A stretch of 64,000 bases of DNA from an uncultured Desulfospira sp. (GTDB taxonomy: Bacteria; Desulfobacterota; Desulfobacteria; Desulfobacterales; Desulfobacteraceae), in the NCBI GenBank assembly GCA_963663165.1, contig OY760175.1, forward strand, positions 3,968,001 to 4,032,000. The letters are read 5' to 3'. Positions 50,678-62,196 of this stretch are shown here, piece by piece. How positions within the stretch are numbered: the first letter of the stretch is position 1; every line of letters starts with the position of its first letter. The notes below the pieces were generated by a model. The model ran no database searches, was not told where the DNA came from, and worked only from the letters and a program-made list of their open reading frames with translations. The translations under genes were made by a program, and so were the position numbers.

Positions 50678-51343
50678 ATGCCTATTATCGACGTTCAAAA
50701 AATTGAATCGGCCAGATCAACGCTTAAAAAACAAAAAATTTTTACCCTCAAAAAGCTTGTTTCAATTCTGGATTGTTCCTCCAGAACTGCCCAAACAAAA
50801 CTTAAACAGTGGAAGACCTACACAAGTTACAATCAAAACGGGAAGTATTATACTTTGCCTGAAATCCCTCAATTTGACGTTTATGGTATATGGCAATTTA
50901 AAAATGCCGCGTTCTCTAAGTATGGTAATCTAAAAAAAACCATTATCCATTTAGTGAACTCCTCATCTGAAGGGCTTACCGGCAGACAACTTGGTGAACT
51001 TCTTGGGTTATCACCACAATCCTTTGTGCATCATTTCCGTAGTTGTCCGGGTATCTGTCGAGAAAAGCACGCTGGTGTCTATGTCTACTTCTCTGACAAC
51101 ATTTCAATATTTAAAAATCAAGTAAAACAAAGGAGTTCCCTTGTCCTCCGTCAAGCGGCTATTTCCATTTCTGACCAGGAAGCAGTCATGATTCTGGTTG
51201 CTATTATCAGGCATCATGGCATATCCGCAGAAGACATTTTGGGCTTGCCGGAGATCAAAAAGAGCAAACTAAAGCCGGCTAATATCCAAGGATTTATGGA
51301 GTCTCATGAGTTGTTAAAAAAAATTCCGGATTCCAAGCATTAA
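50678..51343 (+). CDS. IS ORF A
   Basis: RBS GAGG; homologous to 26219-26848; A8 run at 51316-51323 near end. Confidence 0.75.
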   Translation: MPIIDVQKIESARSTLKKQKIFTLKKLVSILDCSSRTAQTKLKQWKTYTSYNQNGKYYTLPEIPQFDVYGIWQFKNAAFSKYGNLKKTIIHLVNSSSEGLTGRQLGELLGLSPQSFVHHFRSCPGICREKHAGVYVYFSDNISIFKNQVKQRSSLVLRQAAISISDQEAVMILVAIIRHHGISAEDILGLPEIKKSKLKPANIQGFMESHELLKKIPDSKH

Positions 51344-53148
51344 AACTGCTCAAAAGCTTTATCTCCAAGCTGACTGGGTCCGTCCAAACTAGTGTGCTAT
51401 TCTCAGCAAAGCCGACTTTGCATTTTTACCCGGAAATTTTAAAATGCCCTGATTGTAATTCTACACTCCATGTTCAGAAAACCGATACGAAGACCAGGGT
51501 CACCATGGACATCGGTGCCTATTTTGCCAAGGAAACGGTATTGTATTGCCCCCACGGTCACGGAACGTTCAGGTCCGAACAGCTTCGAAACCTTGTACCC
51601 AGGGGCGGCACTTTCGGGTTTGATGTCATTGTGGAGGTGGGGTTTGCACTTTTTGTCCGTTGTCTCAGCAATCAGGAGGTCATGGCTGAATTGGCGATCA
51701 AGAATGTATTCATCTCTGAACGGGAGATCAGCTTTCTGGGCCGTAAGTTTATCATTTATCTTGCCCTGGCTCACCGACAGAGCCGGCCGGCTCTGCGAAA
51801 GTTCTTCACAAGCAGGGGAGGATATATCCTTCATGTGGATGGAACTTGTGAAGGTGATAGCCCCAATCTATTTTGCGGCCTTGACGGACTCTCAGAACTG
51901 GTCCTTGATACGGTAAAAATTTCTTCAGAGAAAAAAGATGAGCTCATCCCATTTTTCCGTAGCATCAAAGAGCAGTATGGTGAACCAAGGGCACTCGTAC
52001 ACGATATGGGTAAAGGGATTGTCAGTGCGGTGGAGGAAGTTTTCCCAGGGACACCCGATTTTATATGTCATTTTCATTTCCTGCGTGACATTGGCAAAGA
52101 CCTGCTAGCTGATGAATATAGTTTTTTGCAGAAACGGTTAAAGAAACTCAAGGTTCGACCTGCATTGAGGAGGCAGGCCAAGTATCTTGAGAAAAAAATT
52201 GATCCGGTCGGCAAGGATATTGATGAAATTATTGAGAGCCTTCAAAGTGGGAATTGGCAGGCAACTGATTTCGATCATATCCCCACGATTATGGCATATG
52301 CTTTAATCCATTGGATATTTGACTATCCAAATCAATCCAACGGATATGGTTTCCCTTTTGACCGTCCATACCTTGATTTTTATCGACGTCTTCAAGATGT
52401 TCTCCGGTTGCTGGAACAAATCATGACCGTGAACCTCAGTGAGGCAGCAAATTTAAACAGAGCCTTTTCCCAATTATATAAAGTAGTCATAAAAGTCGTA
52501 GAAGATAAGCGTCTTAATGATCTTGCCAAAAACATGGAATCAAAGGCAGCCGTATTTGACAAGCTGCGTTGTGCTATGCGAATTGCCCTTCCTGATGGCA
52601 AAAATGGCATTAATGATAATGGCGATTCCATGAACATGAAAAGTATTGAAGAAAAAGTGACTGAATTCAGGAACTGGCTCCTTGAGAATAAACACAGACA
52701 AAAAACCTATGCTAACATGGTGGCACAGATTGACAAATACTGGGAAAAGCTCTTTGCCGACCCGATACCAGTCGTCACATCGGACGGAATTTTTACGGTC
52801 CAACCACAGAGGACGAATAACCTTCTGGAGAGATTTTTCCGGGATGAAAAACGACGAGGTCGGAAAAAAACCGGCATGGGATCGCTGAACAAAATGCTAA
52901 AAGCGGTCCTTGCCGACACGCCGCTGGTGCAAAATTTAAAAAACGACAAGTATATGGAGATTATTCTCAATGGATGTTCCAACCTGGCAGAAAGGTTTTC
53001 ACAAATTGATGCTGATCTGGTACAAAAAGAGCTGACCAAGGCGGCTGAAAACAATTGCAAAATATTCCCGGGGATCAAAAAAATGATAAGGGATACTGAA
53101 TTAACGGTAAAAATCTCAACGCTGTTTTGTCCAGCAGATGCAAAATAA
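51316..53148 (+). CDS. IS ORF B, DDE transposase, probably via -1 frameshift
   Basis: YILHVDGT, VHDMG, CHFHFLRD, QRTNNLLERFFR; -1 frame is open through the A8 run. Confidence 0.75.
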   Translation, partial: KKNSGFQALKLLKSFISKLTGSVQTSVLFSAKPTLHFYPEILKCPDCNSTLHVQKTDTKTRVTMDIGAYFAKETVLYCPHGHGTFRSEQLRNLVPRGGTFGFDVIVEVGFALFVRCLSNQEVMAELAIKNVFISEREISFLGRKFIIYLALAHRQSRPALRKFFTSRGGYILHVDGTCEGDSPNLFCGLDGLSELVLDTVKISSEKKDELIPFFRSIKEQYGEPRALVHDMGKGIVSAVEEVFPGTPDFICHFHFLRDIGKDLLADEYSFLQKRLKKLKVRPALRRQAKYLEKKIDPVGKDIDEIIESLQSGNWQATDFDHIPTIMAYALIHWIFDYPNQSNGYGFPFDRPYLDFYRRLQDVLRLLEQIMTVNLSEAANLNRAFSQLYKVVIKVVEDKRLNDLAKNMESKAAVFDKLRCAMRIALPDGKNGINDNGDSMNMKSIEEKVTEFRNWLLENKHRQKTYANMVAQIDKYWEKLFADPIPVVTSDGIFTVQPQRTNNLLERFFRDEKRRGRKKTGMGSLNKMLKAVLADTPLVQNLKNDKYMEIILNGCSNLAERFSQIDADLVQKELTKAAENNCKIFPGIKKMIRDTELTVKISTLFCPADAK

Positions 53149-53158
53149 ATACCAACCG

Positions 53159-56100
53159 TCATTTGCGGTCATAGGTTTGCGCCCCTTCAAAATCGTATTC
53201 ACTGATTGCTTTTTGAAGCTGGTCCGCCAGGGCCGTGGCGGCATTGTCCTGAATCAGGGCCTTGAGCTGACGAACCATGGTGACGGCCTCGGTATCATTG
53301 TCATCAATCATCTGCTTAAGGGACGCAAGCAGCGGTTTGACCGCTTCAGGGCCAGCAGCCTCTGAGGGCTCAACTGGCTGGTCTGCCGGCGGTTCCAGAT
53401 CCTTTATGCCCTGAACGGCTTCGGCCAGGCGGACGGCAAAGTCCTGAAGAATGTCCCGGATTTTGTGGGGCGTATCTTCTTTCAGGGCCGTATCCAGAAT
53501 CGTTGCCGCTTCAAAAAGCGGTCTGGCCCCGATATTGCCGGCAACCCCTTTAACGGTATGGGCAAGCCTCCGGGCGGTTTCCATATCCTGTACCTTTAAG
53601 GCCTGCTCAATTTTTTCCGGGACATCCCGCTGATTTTCAGCAAATTTTTCCAATAAATCCCGGTACAACACCGCATCCCCGGCCAGGCGCTCCAGTCCGT
53701 CCTCAACGTCGATTCCAGGCAAGGGGCCCAACCGGTCTGCCGTCGCGGTATGGTCTGCCTGCCCCTTAAGACCGGCCTGGGCCAAAGGATGCGGCGGGGT
53801 AATCTGGGGGACTGTGGGCTTAACCCATTTACTCAACACCGTGAGAAGTTCCCTGACATCAATGGGCTTGGCCACATGATCGTTCATCCCGGCGTCCAGG
53901 GCCTTTTCCCGGTCGCCGGTCATGGCGTTGGCGGTCATGGCGATGATGGGCAGGTCCTTGAATTTTGGATTTTTCCGGATCTCCCGGGCCGCGGTATAGC
54001 CGTTCATTTCCGGCATGTTGATATCCATGAGCACGGCGTCATAAGGGGCATTTCCTAAGGCCTCAAGGGCCAGGCGGCCGTTATCGGCCGTCTCCACCAC
54101 CAGGCCGTTGTTCTCCAGAATCCCCCGGGCCACCGCCTGGTTGACCTCGTTATCCTCGGCCACCAGAAGCCTGGCCCCCTGGATGGCCGACACACTGGGA
54201 AAGGTCTCCATCTGCCGGCCATGATGGGAAGGCCGGGAAACGGCCTTGCCGCCCAGAGTGGAAATAATGGAGTCCAGCAGTAAAGACGGAGACACCGGTT
54301 TGATCAGGTAACCGTCCAGGCCAATGCGGTCGGTCTCCTTCATCAACTCTTCCCTGGCATAGGCCGACACCATGATAATGGCAGGGACTTTTTCCCGGGA
54401 TGATGTTTTGATTTTCTCCGATGCATGCAGCCCGTCCATTCCCGGCATTTTCCAGTCCATGAGAACCAGGTCAAAGGGGTCGCCCTGCTGATCGGCCATT
54501 TCCACTTCCGCAAGGCCCGCTTCAGCGCCATGGGCCTGGGTCACCCGCAGGCCCATGGCCTCCAGCATCTTATCCAGAACCGTGCGGCAAACGTAATTGT
54601 CATCCACCACCAGAACCTTTTTCTTCTGAATTCCGGTGCCGGGCAGGTATGATGTAATGGATTGGGTATCTGCGGTTTCTAACCGGACGGTAAAGGAAAA
54701 GGTGGTCCCCTTTCCATATTCGCTTTCCACCCAGATCCGGCCGTTCATCATTTCCACCAGAGACTCGCTGATAAAAAGGCCAAGGCCGGTGCCGCCGTAT
54801 TTGCGGGTGGTGGAGGAATCGGCCTGGGAAAAGGCCTCAAAAAGCTTGGCCAGATGTTCTTTGGTCATCCCGATGCCGGTGTCTTTTACATAAAATTTGA
54901 GTTCCGCTTCGTCTGAGTCCGCCGCCAGCAATGAGCAGCCCAGAACAATTTCCCCTTTTTCCGTAAACTTGACCGCATTATTGGTCAGGTTGATCAAAAC
55001 CTGGCCTAAACGGATGGGGTCGCCGATGAGCATCTGGGGAATAGACGGCTCAATATTGTAAACCACCTCCAGCCCTTTTTCCTGGGCCTTGATCCCCACC
55101 AGGTTGGTCACAGTGTCTAAAACATCCTCCAGGGAAAATTCAATGCTTTCCATATTCAGTTTCCCGGCTTCAATCTTACTGAAATCCAAAATGTCGTTAA
55201 TCACGCCCAGCAGGGCTTTGGAGCCGGTCTGAATTTTCTGGATATAATCAAACTGGAGGGGATCAAGGGCGGTTTGAAGGGCCAGATGGGCAAACCCGAT
55301 AACCGCGTTTAAGGGGGTCCGGATTTCATGGCTCATGTTGGCCAGAAAATCGCTTTTGGCCTTGGTGGCCTCTTCAGCCACCAGCCTTGCTTCCTCAAGG
55401 TCAGCGGTCCGCTCCCTTACCAGTTCCTCAAGGTGATCCCGGTAGTCTTTGAGTTCCTTTTCCACTTTTTTTAACGGGCTGATATCCTTGGACATGGTGG
55501 CAATCCCCATGGGTGCCCCCTTCTCATCCTTAAGCAAAGAAATAGTAAGAAGCGTCGGGATAACCTCACCGTCTTTCCTGGCCCTCATCCATTCAAAATT
55601 CTGAATCACCTCCCCGTTGATACAGCGGAGAATCAACTCCAGTCCGCGGTCATGAACGGCTTTTTCGTTGGGAACAAGAAGGCTTAAGTGCTTCCCGAGA
55701 AGCTCTTCTCTGGTATACCCATAGGCTGGAATTGAGGATTCGTTCATATCAATAATATGAAGGGACAGATCCATTATCAGGATGGGATCGGCACCGTCTT
55801 TAAAAACCTTGGACATGAACCTGAGTTCGCGCTCAGCTTCTTTTTGTTCCGTAATGTCCTTGGTGGCACCGGCAAGGCCAATGATCCGGCCGTTTTTATC
55901 CAATACCGGCTCATAGGCTGCAGAAACCCATACCTCGCGGTTATCTTTATGCCGGACACGCAACTGCACCTCCTGCCGGCCCTGGCCGGAAAGCGCCATG
56001 TCGGCATGCTTTTGAAAAAGGTCCCAGTCCTGTTCATCAATCAGCGGCCTGGGATAGTCCGTCATTGCCATGCACTCTTTGACAGAATAACCGGTGATCC

Positions 56101-57235
56101 GCTCAACCGCCGGGTTCAGCCAGATCAGGTTGCCGTCAAGATCCCGCCAGGACTGCCAGTCATAGGTATGTTCCGATATAACCCGCAGCCGCTCCTCGCT
56201 TTTCCTGAGGTCTTCTTCGGTTCTTTTTTGGATGGCAATCTGTTTTTGCAGCCGCCGGTTGGCGGCCAGAGTCACCAGGATGATGACCAGAACGGCAAGG
56301 GCTGCCGGAACCCCGACAATGAGAATTTTTTCCCAGTCAATCTTTTTTTCAAAATCAATGGAAATCCATTGGTTGTGGATGGCCGCGGTTTCCCGGGGGG
56401 TGAACGAGGCGATCGCCTTATTGAGAATGCCCGTTAATACAGGCCAGTCCTTGCGCACCCCTATCCGCAGCCGTGAATCAAACTCTTCCACTATGCCCAC
56501 AATTTTGAGCTGGGTTAAACTGTGTTTTTGAATAAGATAGGCGGCATCGGCGGCGCTGATGACAAATACGGCTGCCCGGCCCTGGGCCACGGCGCGCATC
56601 CCCTGCAAAGGGGTCTGGACATCCACCAGGGTCAACCCCGGATAGAGCAGGGGCAATTTTTTCCGGATGAAATACGGTTCCACCACCGCCACTTTCTGGC
56701 CGTAATAATCGGTGATCTTTCCTGGAGACGGCTTGTCCTTGTCCCCCACCAGGACCCAGGGAAAATCAAGATATGTCTGGGTAAAATCAAGAAAGGCGTC
56801 CCGCTCCCTGGTCTGCATCAGGCTGGCAATGAACCCGATCTGCTTTTGCCGGGCAGCCGCCATGATCTGGGGCCATAAAAGGGGGGAACCGTCTTCGTTG
56901 TCCAGGGGCTTAAAGGTGACCTCAAGCCGGTTTTCGATCAGTTTAAGGTAATCGGCAACCATTCCCTGGGCCCGGCCCTGGTCATCAATGAATTCAAAGG
57001 GCGGGCGGTTGGCGGCAAACCCGATGCGAATCACCGGATGGGCCTTCAAAAAAGCCTGCTCTTCCAGGGTCAGGCGGTCAAGAAAAGAAGAATTCTTTTC
57101 TTCAGCCGCTGCATGGGCCATGGCAACAAAGGGCATATCACCGAAAGGAACAGCGTTGCCGGACCTGGACAGGCCGGGAACGCCGCCAAAAAACACAAAT
57201 TGGACCGTAAAAGACAAGAGAATTAGAATTCGCAT
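53159..57235 (-). CDS. Hybrid sensor histidine kinase (periplasmic binding domain, 2 PAS, HisKA, HATPase, 2 REC, Hpt); C-terminus altered by IS
   Basis: [25 protein letters not shown], two MDxxMP receivers, AHTVKG; original tail VLNSLMQTLGIDMG* lies at 50415-50460. Confidence 0.93.
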   Translation of the reverse strand: MRILILLSFTVQFVFFGGVPGLSRSGNAVPFGDMPFVAMAHAAAEEKNSSFLDRLTLEEQAFLKAHPVIRIGFAANRPPFEFIDDQGRAQGMVADYLKLIENRLEVTFKPLDNEDGSPLLWPQIMAAARQKQIGFIASLMQTRERDAFLDFTQTYLDFPWVLVGDKDKPSPGKITDYYGQKVAVVEPYFIRKKLPLLYPGLTLVDVQTPLQGMRAVAQGRAAVFVISAADAAYLIQKHSLTQLKIVGIVEEFDSRLRIGVRKDWPVLTGILNKAIASFTPRETAAIHNQWISIDFEKKIDWEKILIVGVPAALAVLVIILVTLAANRRLQKQIAIQKRTEEDLRKSEERLRVISEHTYDWQSWRDLDGNLIWLNPAVERITGYSVKECMAMTDYPRPLIDEQDWDLFQKHADMALSGQGRQEVQLRVRHKDNREVWVSAAYEPVLDKNGRIIGLAGATKDITEQKEAERELRFMSKVFKDGADPILIMDLSLHIIDMNESSIPAYGYTREELLGKHLSLLVPNEKAVHDRGLELILRCINGEVIQNFEWMRARKDGEVIPTLLTISLLKDEKGAPMGIATMSKDISPLKKVEKELKDYRDHLEELVRERTADLEEARLVAEEATKAKSDFLANMSHEIRTPLNAVIGFAHLALQTALDPLQFDYIQKIQTGSKALLGVINDILDFSKIEAGKLNMESIEFSLEDVLDTVTNLVGIKAQEKGLEVVYNIEPSIPQMLIGDPIRLGQVLINLTNNAVKFTEKGEIVLGCSLLAADSDEAELKFYVKDTGIGMTKEHLAKLFEAFSQADSSTTRKYGGTGLGLFISESLVEMMNGRIWVESEYGKGTTFSFTVRLETADTQSITSYLPGTGIQKKKVLVVDDNYVCRTVLDKMLEAMGLRVTQAHGAEAGLAEVEMADQQGDPFDLVLMDWKMPGMDGLHASEKIKTSSREKVPAIIMVSAYAREELMKETDRIGLDGYLIKPVSPSLLLDSIISTLGGKAVSRPSHHGRQMETFPSVSAIQGARLLVAEDNEVNQAVARGILENNGLVVETADNGRLALEALGNAPYDAVLMDINMPEMNGYTAAREIRKNPKFKDLPIIAMTANAMTGDREKALDAGMNDHVAKPIDVRELLTVLSKWVKPTVPQITPPHPLAQAGLKGQADHTATADRLGPLPGIDVEDGLERLAGDAVLYRDLLEKFAENQRDVPEKIEQALKVQDMETARRLAHTVKGVAGNIGARPLFEAATILDTALKEDTPHKIRDILQDFAVRLAEAVQGIKDLEPPADQPVEPSEAAGPEAVKPLLASLKQMIDDNDTEAVTMVRQLKALIQDNAATALADQLQKAISEYDFEGAQTYDRK

Positions 57236-57531
57236 TATCGTCTCCTGGACACAAAAATATTGAGGGCTTGGTTCGAGAATACGGCAGGGGCTTTTGGTTT
57301 GTCAAGGCAATGTAAAAAACGAAGCCTGAAAGACCGGGGGTTGCGTAAGCCCGGGTTTGCACTTCCGGTATGCGGTCTGCCGGCTTCCGGTCTCCATCCT
57401 CCGGTTTCCGTTCAATTGTATTGGAAACCGCCGCCAAAAATGGTATTCAAAAAACTCAAACGGGCAAAGCCCAACCAAAGGAAAGGGGCTGAAAACGGTT
57501 TGAGCCCAAATACCTGGAATCGAGAGGCGTA

Positions 57532-58599
57532 ATGGAAGATTTTGAACAGAAATTGGTAGACATATTAAATTATGGTTCCCTTAATCTGGCCATCGGCATT
57601 GGATATAAGCATCAAATCTTTGATGTGATGGAAGATCTGGCAAAGCCTGCTTCTGTTTCGGATCTTGCCGAAGCAACGGGTTTAAACCAGCGGTATTTAA
57701 GGGAGTGGCTGGGTATCATGGCCACCGGAAAAATTGTTGAACTTGCCGGCAATCCAGATGAACCCGAATTATATGTGCTGCCCAAGGCCCATGCCGATGT
57801 GCTGACCCGGAAGGCGGGAAACAATAACCTGGGGGTGTATGCCCAGGAGATCCCGCTGCTCACCCTCTCGGCCCTGGAAGGGGTGCAAAAGGGGTTTGTG
57901 ACCGGAGGCGGGGTGCCGTTTTCCGCCTACCCCGACTTTCAGGACTTTATGGCTCAGCTTGCCGATGCAAAGCATGAACAGACCCTGACCCGGGACTTTC
58001 TGCCCTCAGTGGACAATGGGGGCCTGGTCCGGCGGCTGGAAAAGGGCATCCGGGTGTGCGACCTGGGATGCGGCCAGGGTGTGGCCTTAAAACTGATGGC
58101 AAAGGCCTTCCCCAAATCCGAATTTGTGGGGATCGATAATCACAAAGAGGCCATCCGGACGGCCAGGGACGGAATTGACGGCCGGCCCAACCTGGAATTT
58201 GTCATTGAAGATGCGGCCCTGATAAAGGATAAACGCCATTATAAAGCGAGGTTCGACTATGTGACGGCCTTTGACGCCATCCATGACCAGCCCCATCCCT
58301 TCCAGGCCCTTGAAGGGGTCCGCCACATGCTGGCACCGGGCGGGATGTTTTCCATGGTGGATATCAAGGCCGGCTCCCGGCACCGGGATAACATTGATCA
58401 CCCCATGGGCCCCTTTCTTTATACGGTCAGCCTCATGCACTGCATGCCCATCGGCCTTAATGACAATGGTATGGGCTTAGGGATGATGTGGGGCCGGCAA
58501 ACCGCCTGCAAGCTTTTGGAACAGGCCGGATTTGATCAGGTAGAGGTTTTGGATATTCCCAATGATGGATTTAATTTGCATTATTTGTGCAGGATTTAA
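57532..58599 (+). CDS. Class I SAM-dependent methyltransferase with N-terminal winged helix
   Basis: YLREWL, DLGCGQG, FDAIHD, YTVSLMHCM. Confidence 0.88.
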   Translation: MEDFEQKLVDILNYGSLNLAIGIGYKHQIFDVMEDLAKPASVSDLAEATGLNQRYLREWLGIMATGKIVELAGNPDEPELYVLPKAHADVLTRKAGNNNLGVYAQEIPLLTLSALEGVQKGFVTGGGVPFSAYPDFQDFMAQLADAKHEQTLTRDFLPSVDNGGLVRRLEKGIRVCDLGCGQGVALKLMAKAFPKSEFVGIDNHKEAIRTARDGIDGRPNLEFVIEDAALIKDKRHYKARFDYVTAFDAIHDQPHPFQALEGVRHMLAPGGMFSMVDIKAGSRHRDNIDHPMGPFLYTVSLMHCMPIGLNDNGMGLGMMWGRQTACKLLEQAGFDQVEVLDIPNDGFNLHYLCRI

Positions 58600-58607
58600 A
58601 AGAACCC

Positions 58608-61025
58608 ATGGATATTTCAATAGATTTTGATGCCATCACCGAACTGCTGATATCGGCAGACCGGGACGGCCGTAACTTTTTATATGAATATGAGGTGTAC
58701 CGCCTTCTTTCAAGATCAGGCGCGGAAACGCCGCCCCAAACCCGGTTGATTCAACGGACCGACCGGCTTTCAGACCAGGATCTGACTGCTTTTGCCGGCA
58801 CCAAAGCCGTCTTAAAGGTGGTTTCGGAAACCATTATCCACAAAACCGAGGCCGGGGGGGTCAAGGTGGTGGATATGGATGCCAATAAAATCCGGTCCGC
58901 CATCCGGCGGATGTTTTACGAAGTCCCGGAAAATTACGTCAACTGGCTTAAAAAGGGCGTGGCATCCATGCCCGAGCGGTATAAGGATCTTTCCGGGGAC
59001 GACCTGACGGCGGCGGTGAGCCGGGACATCAAGGGGATCCTTCAGGTTCAGTTTATGCCGCCGGATTCAGAGGCCTTTGGAAACGAACTGATTGTGGGGC
59101 TGCGCCATACCCGGGAATTTGGCACCATCTTGAGTGCCGGATTAGGGGGAACCGATACCGAGCTTTATGCCAAACGGTTTCGGAAGGGCCAGGCCATTGT
59201 GGCCGCCTCAACCAGAATGATTGACGGGGAAGGCTTTTTTGATATTTTCAAGAAGACCATTTCCTACCGGAAGCTGGCAGGCCTGACCCGGGGGCAGCGG
59301 CGGATTGTCACCGACGAACAGCTCATTGAGTGTTTTGAATCCTTTATCTGCATTGGCAACTACTACTCTCCGTTAAATCCGGACGCCCCCTTTGTCATTG
59401 ATGAACTGGAAATCAACCCCTTTGCCTTTACCGATTACCTCATGGTTCCTTTAGACGGGCTGTGCCGGTTTTCAAAGGTATTTTCCCTGCCGGCCCAACG
59501 GCCGGTCGAAAAAATTGATGCCCTGCTCCACCCTGAAAAAATCGGGATTATCGGGGTGTCTGAAACCCGGAAAAACTTTGGCCGGATTATTCTGGACAAT
59601 ATTCTGGCCCAGGGGTTTGAAAAGAAAAACCTGGTTATTATCAAGGACAAGACCCGGGAAATAGACGGGGTGGCCTGCCTGCCCGGCCTTTCAGAGTTAA
59701 CGGAACCCCTGGATTTGTTTATTGTTGCTGTAGGGGCGGACCATGTACCGGATCTGGTTCAGGAGATTATGGCACTTAATGCCGCCAAAACCGTCATGCT
59801 CATTGCCGGCGGATTAGGGGAAACCCATGACAGCAAAGATAAGGCCGGGCAGGTGGCCTCAAAAATCAACGAAGCCCATTTGAAAGGCGACGGCGGCCCG
59901 GTGTTCCTGGGGGCAAACTGCATGGGCGTTATTTCCAAGCCCGGCCGGTACGATACCTGGTTTATCCCCGAGGAAAAATTGCCCAAAAACCGGCAGGACC
60001 TGGTCCACAGAGCTGCCCTGATCAGCCAGAGCGGGGCATTCATGCTTCACCGCAGCCATCAGTGCCCAAAGCTTTCCCCAGCCTATATGATTTCCATGGG
60101 CAACCAGACCGACTTGACCCTGGGAGACATGGTCCGGTATTTCAAGGATTCGGACCAGGTGGATGTCATTGCGGTGTATGCCGAAGGGTTTAACGACCTG
60201 GACGGGTTATCCTTCTGCCAGGCGGTGAGGCAGGCGGTTCTGGCCGGAAAAGATGTGGTGTTTTACAAGGCCGGGCGGACCCCTGAAGGTAAAGCGGCCA
60301 CCGCAAGCCATACCGCATCCCTGGCCGGGGATTACATGGTCTGTGAAAGCTGCGTGTCCCAGGCCGGTGCCATTGTGGCCAGAAATTTTACGGAATTTCA
60401 GGACATCATGCTGCTGGCGGAAACCTTGAGCCCGAAAGAAATTAACGGAACCCGCCTGGCCGCCGTTTCCGGGGCAGGGTTTGAAGCCGTGGGTATGGCC
60501 GACTCCATCCAGTCCGATGATTTTAACATGAATCTGGCCGTGTTCCAGGACCAGACCCGGGATGAAATTTTGCAGGTCCTCAAAGAAAAAAAGCTGGATA
60601 AGCTGGTGACCCTGTCCAACCCCCTGGACATTAACCCGTCCGCCGATGACGATGCCCATGCCAGGATTGCCGGAATCCTGTCCAAAGACCCGGGGGTGGA
60701 TGCCGTGGTCATCAGCCTGGACCCCATGTCACCTGCCATGAAGACCCTTGATGGAAAAGACGGCTCCATTTATGATATGAACCATGAAAAGGGGATCTTA
60801 AATCTCATGGCCGATCTTGCCAGAAAAAGCCGGACCCCCATTGTCACGGTGGTGGACGGGGGACAGCTTTATGATCCGCTGCGAAATACCCTCATGGGCC
60901 GGGGGGTTCCGGTTTTCAGGGTCTGTGACAAAGCCGTGGCGGCCCTTTCGCTGTATATTCAGGGCCGGATGAGGGCCGAGGCCATAAGGAAAGCGGCCGG
61001 TACGCACCTGTCTTTTAACAATTGA
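58608..61025 (+). CDS. Acetate/acyl-CoA ligase (ADP-forming), ATP-grasp plus CoA-binding
   Basis: IHKTEAGGV, ELEINP, GANCMG, SQSGA, SHTASLAG, NPLDI. Confidence 0.88.
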   Translation: MDISIDFDAITELLISADRDGRNFLYEYEVYRLLSRSGAETPPQTRLIQRTDRLSDQDLTAFAGTKAVLKVVSETIIHKTEAGGVKVVDMDANKIRSAIRRMFYEVPENYVNWLKKGVASMPERYKDLSGDDLTAAVSRDIKGILQVQFMPPDSEAFGNELIVGLRHTREFGTILSAGLGGTDTELYAKRFRKGQAIVAASTRMIDGEGFFDIFKKTISYRKLAGLTRGQRRIVTDEQLIECFESFICIGNYYSPLNPDAPFVIDELEINPFAFTDYLMVPLDGLCRFSKVFSLPAQRPVEKIDALLHPEKIGIIGVSETRKNFGRIILDNILAQGFEKKNLVIIKDKTREIDGVACLPGLSELTEPLDLFIVAVGADHVPDLVQEIMALNAAKTVMLIAGGLGETHDSKDKAGQVASKINEAHLKGDGGPVFLGANCMGVISKPGRYDTWFIPEEKLPKNRQDLVHRAALISQSGAFMLHRSHQCPKLSPAYMISMGNQTDLTLGDMVRYFKDSDQVDVIAVYAEGFNDLDGLSFCQAVRQAVLAGKDVVFYKAGRTPEGKAATASHTASLAGDYMVCESCVSQAGAIVARNFTEFQDIMLLAETLSPKEINGTRLAAVSGAGFEAVGMADSIQSDDFNMNLAVFQDQTRDEILQVLKEKKLDKLVTLSNPLDINPSADDDAHARIAGILSKDPGVDAVVISLDPMSPAMKTLDGKDGSIYDMNHEKGILNLMADLARKSRTPIVTVVDGGQLYDPLRNTLMGRGVPVFRVCDKAVAALSLYIQGRMRAEAIRKAAGTHLSFNN

Positions 61026-61036
61026 TTTAATGGTTT

Positions 61037-61471
61037 ATGGTTAGCTATTTGAAAAATCTTTTCAGGAAAAAAGAGCCCCGCCGCCAAGGGGAAATTCCCG
61101 CTGACGGACAGGGGCCAATCCAGCCGGACAGGCCTGTGGGGCCCTGGATCGGTGTTGACCTGGACGGGACCCTGGCCGTGTACACCCGGGGCATGGCACT
61201 GAAGGAGATCGGAGAACCGGTGCCGGCCATGGTGGCCCTGGTCCGGAAAATGATCAACAACGGGGTCCGGGTTAAAATTTTTACGGCAAGGGCCGGCGAT
61301 GAAACACAGGTGCCCATTATTCACAAGTGGCTAAAATCAAACGGGCTTCCTGAACTTGAAATCACCAACATAAAAGATTACGATATGCTCAGGCTCTATG
61401 ACGACAGATGCATTCAGGTCGAAGCCAATACCGGCCGGCTGATGGTTGACCAAAAAGGGGGTCCAGGATGA
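61037..61471 (+). CDS. HAD-superfamily hypothetical protein
   Basis: VDLDGTL, IFTAR, LYDDR motifs. Confidence 0.7.
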   Translation: MVSYLKNLFRKKEPRRQGEIPADGQGPIQPDRPVGPWIGVDLDGTLAVYTRGMALKEIGEPVPAMVALVRKMINNGVRVKIFTARAGDETQVPIIHKWLKSNGLPELEITNIKDYDMLRLYDDRCIQVEANTGRLMVDQKGGPG

Positions 61472-62196
61472 AATATCTTTACATTATTGCCGGGATTCTG
61501 ATTATCTTTTCCGGGATAGCCGCTTATAACCTAACCCATACCCGGGTGAAGGTCTCAAAACCGTTTCTGGTGGTCAACGACCGGATCATGACCCGGGCTG
61601 AAGTCCAAGCCCTGATCAAAGAACAACCAGGGGACAAATCCATGCCGGCCGGCATCGAGTCTGTCATCACCCATCAGCTTCTGATCCAGGAGGCCTTAAA
61701 ACAGGGGATCAGCAAAGAAGAACCCTTTCGCCGTGCCGTTGAAAAATATTATGAACAATCCCTGGTCAAGTTCCTGGTTGACCGCAAGCTAAAATCCTTT
61801 AAAGCGGACGCGACCAAAGAAGAAATAGACCGCTACCTTTTGTTATGCCAGAAACGGGTGGTGGTATCCAAATTCGAATACCCCTCCATGAAAGAGGCCA
61901 ACTCCGGGAAAAAGACGGATCCCAAGAGAATAGAAGCGGATTTTACCCAGTTGCCCGGTGACATCAAATTATCGCTGCTAACCTTGAAAAAAGGACGGGC
62001 TTCTTTGCCGGCAGAATCGGCAGGCCGCGTCTTTGTCCTGAGGCTCGACGATGTGCAGCCCGTTCAGGGCGATCAGATCGTTTCTATTGATATCAACGAG
62101 GCTAAGGCCTTTATTCTAAAAAAGAAAAAAGAGAATATGATGGCCGCCTGGATCCGAAAATTAAAAAACAATGCCGAAATCTGGAGGGAAAAATGA
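61468..62196 (+). CDS. SurA/PrsA-like membrane-anchored chaperone
   Basis: N-terminal TM, VNDRIMT, LLIQEALKQG, W.RKLK.NA.I. Confidence 0.6.
   Translation: MKYLYIIAGILIIFSGIAAYNLTHTRVKVSKPFLVVNDRIMTRAEVQALIKEQPGDKSMPAGIESVITHQLLIQEALKQGISKEEPFRRAVEKYYEQSLVKFLVDRKLKSFKADATKEEIDRYLLLCQKRVVVSKFEYPSMKEANSGKKTDPKRIEADFTQLPGDIKLSLLTLKKGRASLPAESAGRVFVLRLDDVQPVQGDQIVSIDINEAKAFILKKKKENMMAAWIRKLKNNAEIWREK

Larger units (their letters stand above)
50469..53174 (+). mobile_element. Unclassified two-ORF IS, diverged relative of 25935-28690, 2,706 bp
   Basis: IR CTATAACCGCAAATGACAGTTGG / CTATGACCGCAAATGACGGTTGG; 8-bp TSD GTTTGCGC (50461-50468, 53175-53182). Confidence 0.88.
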
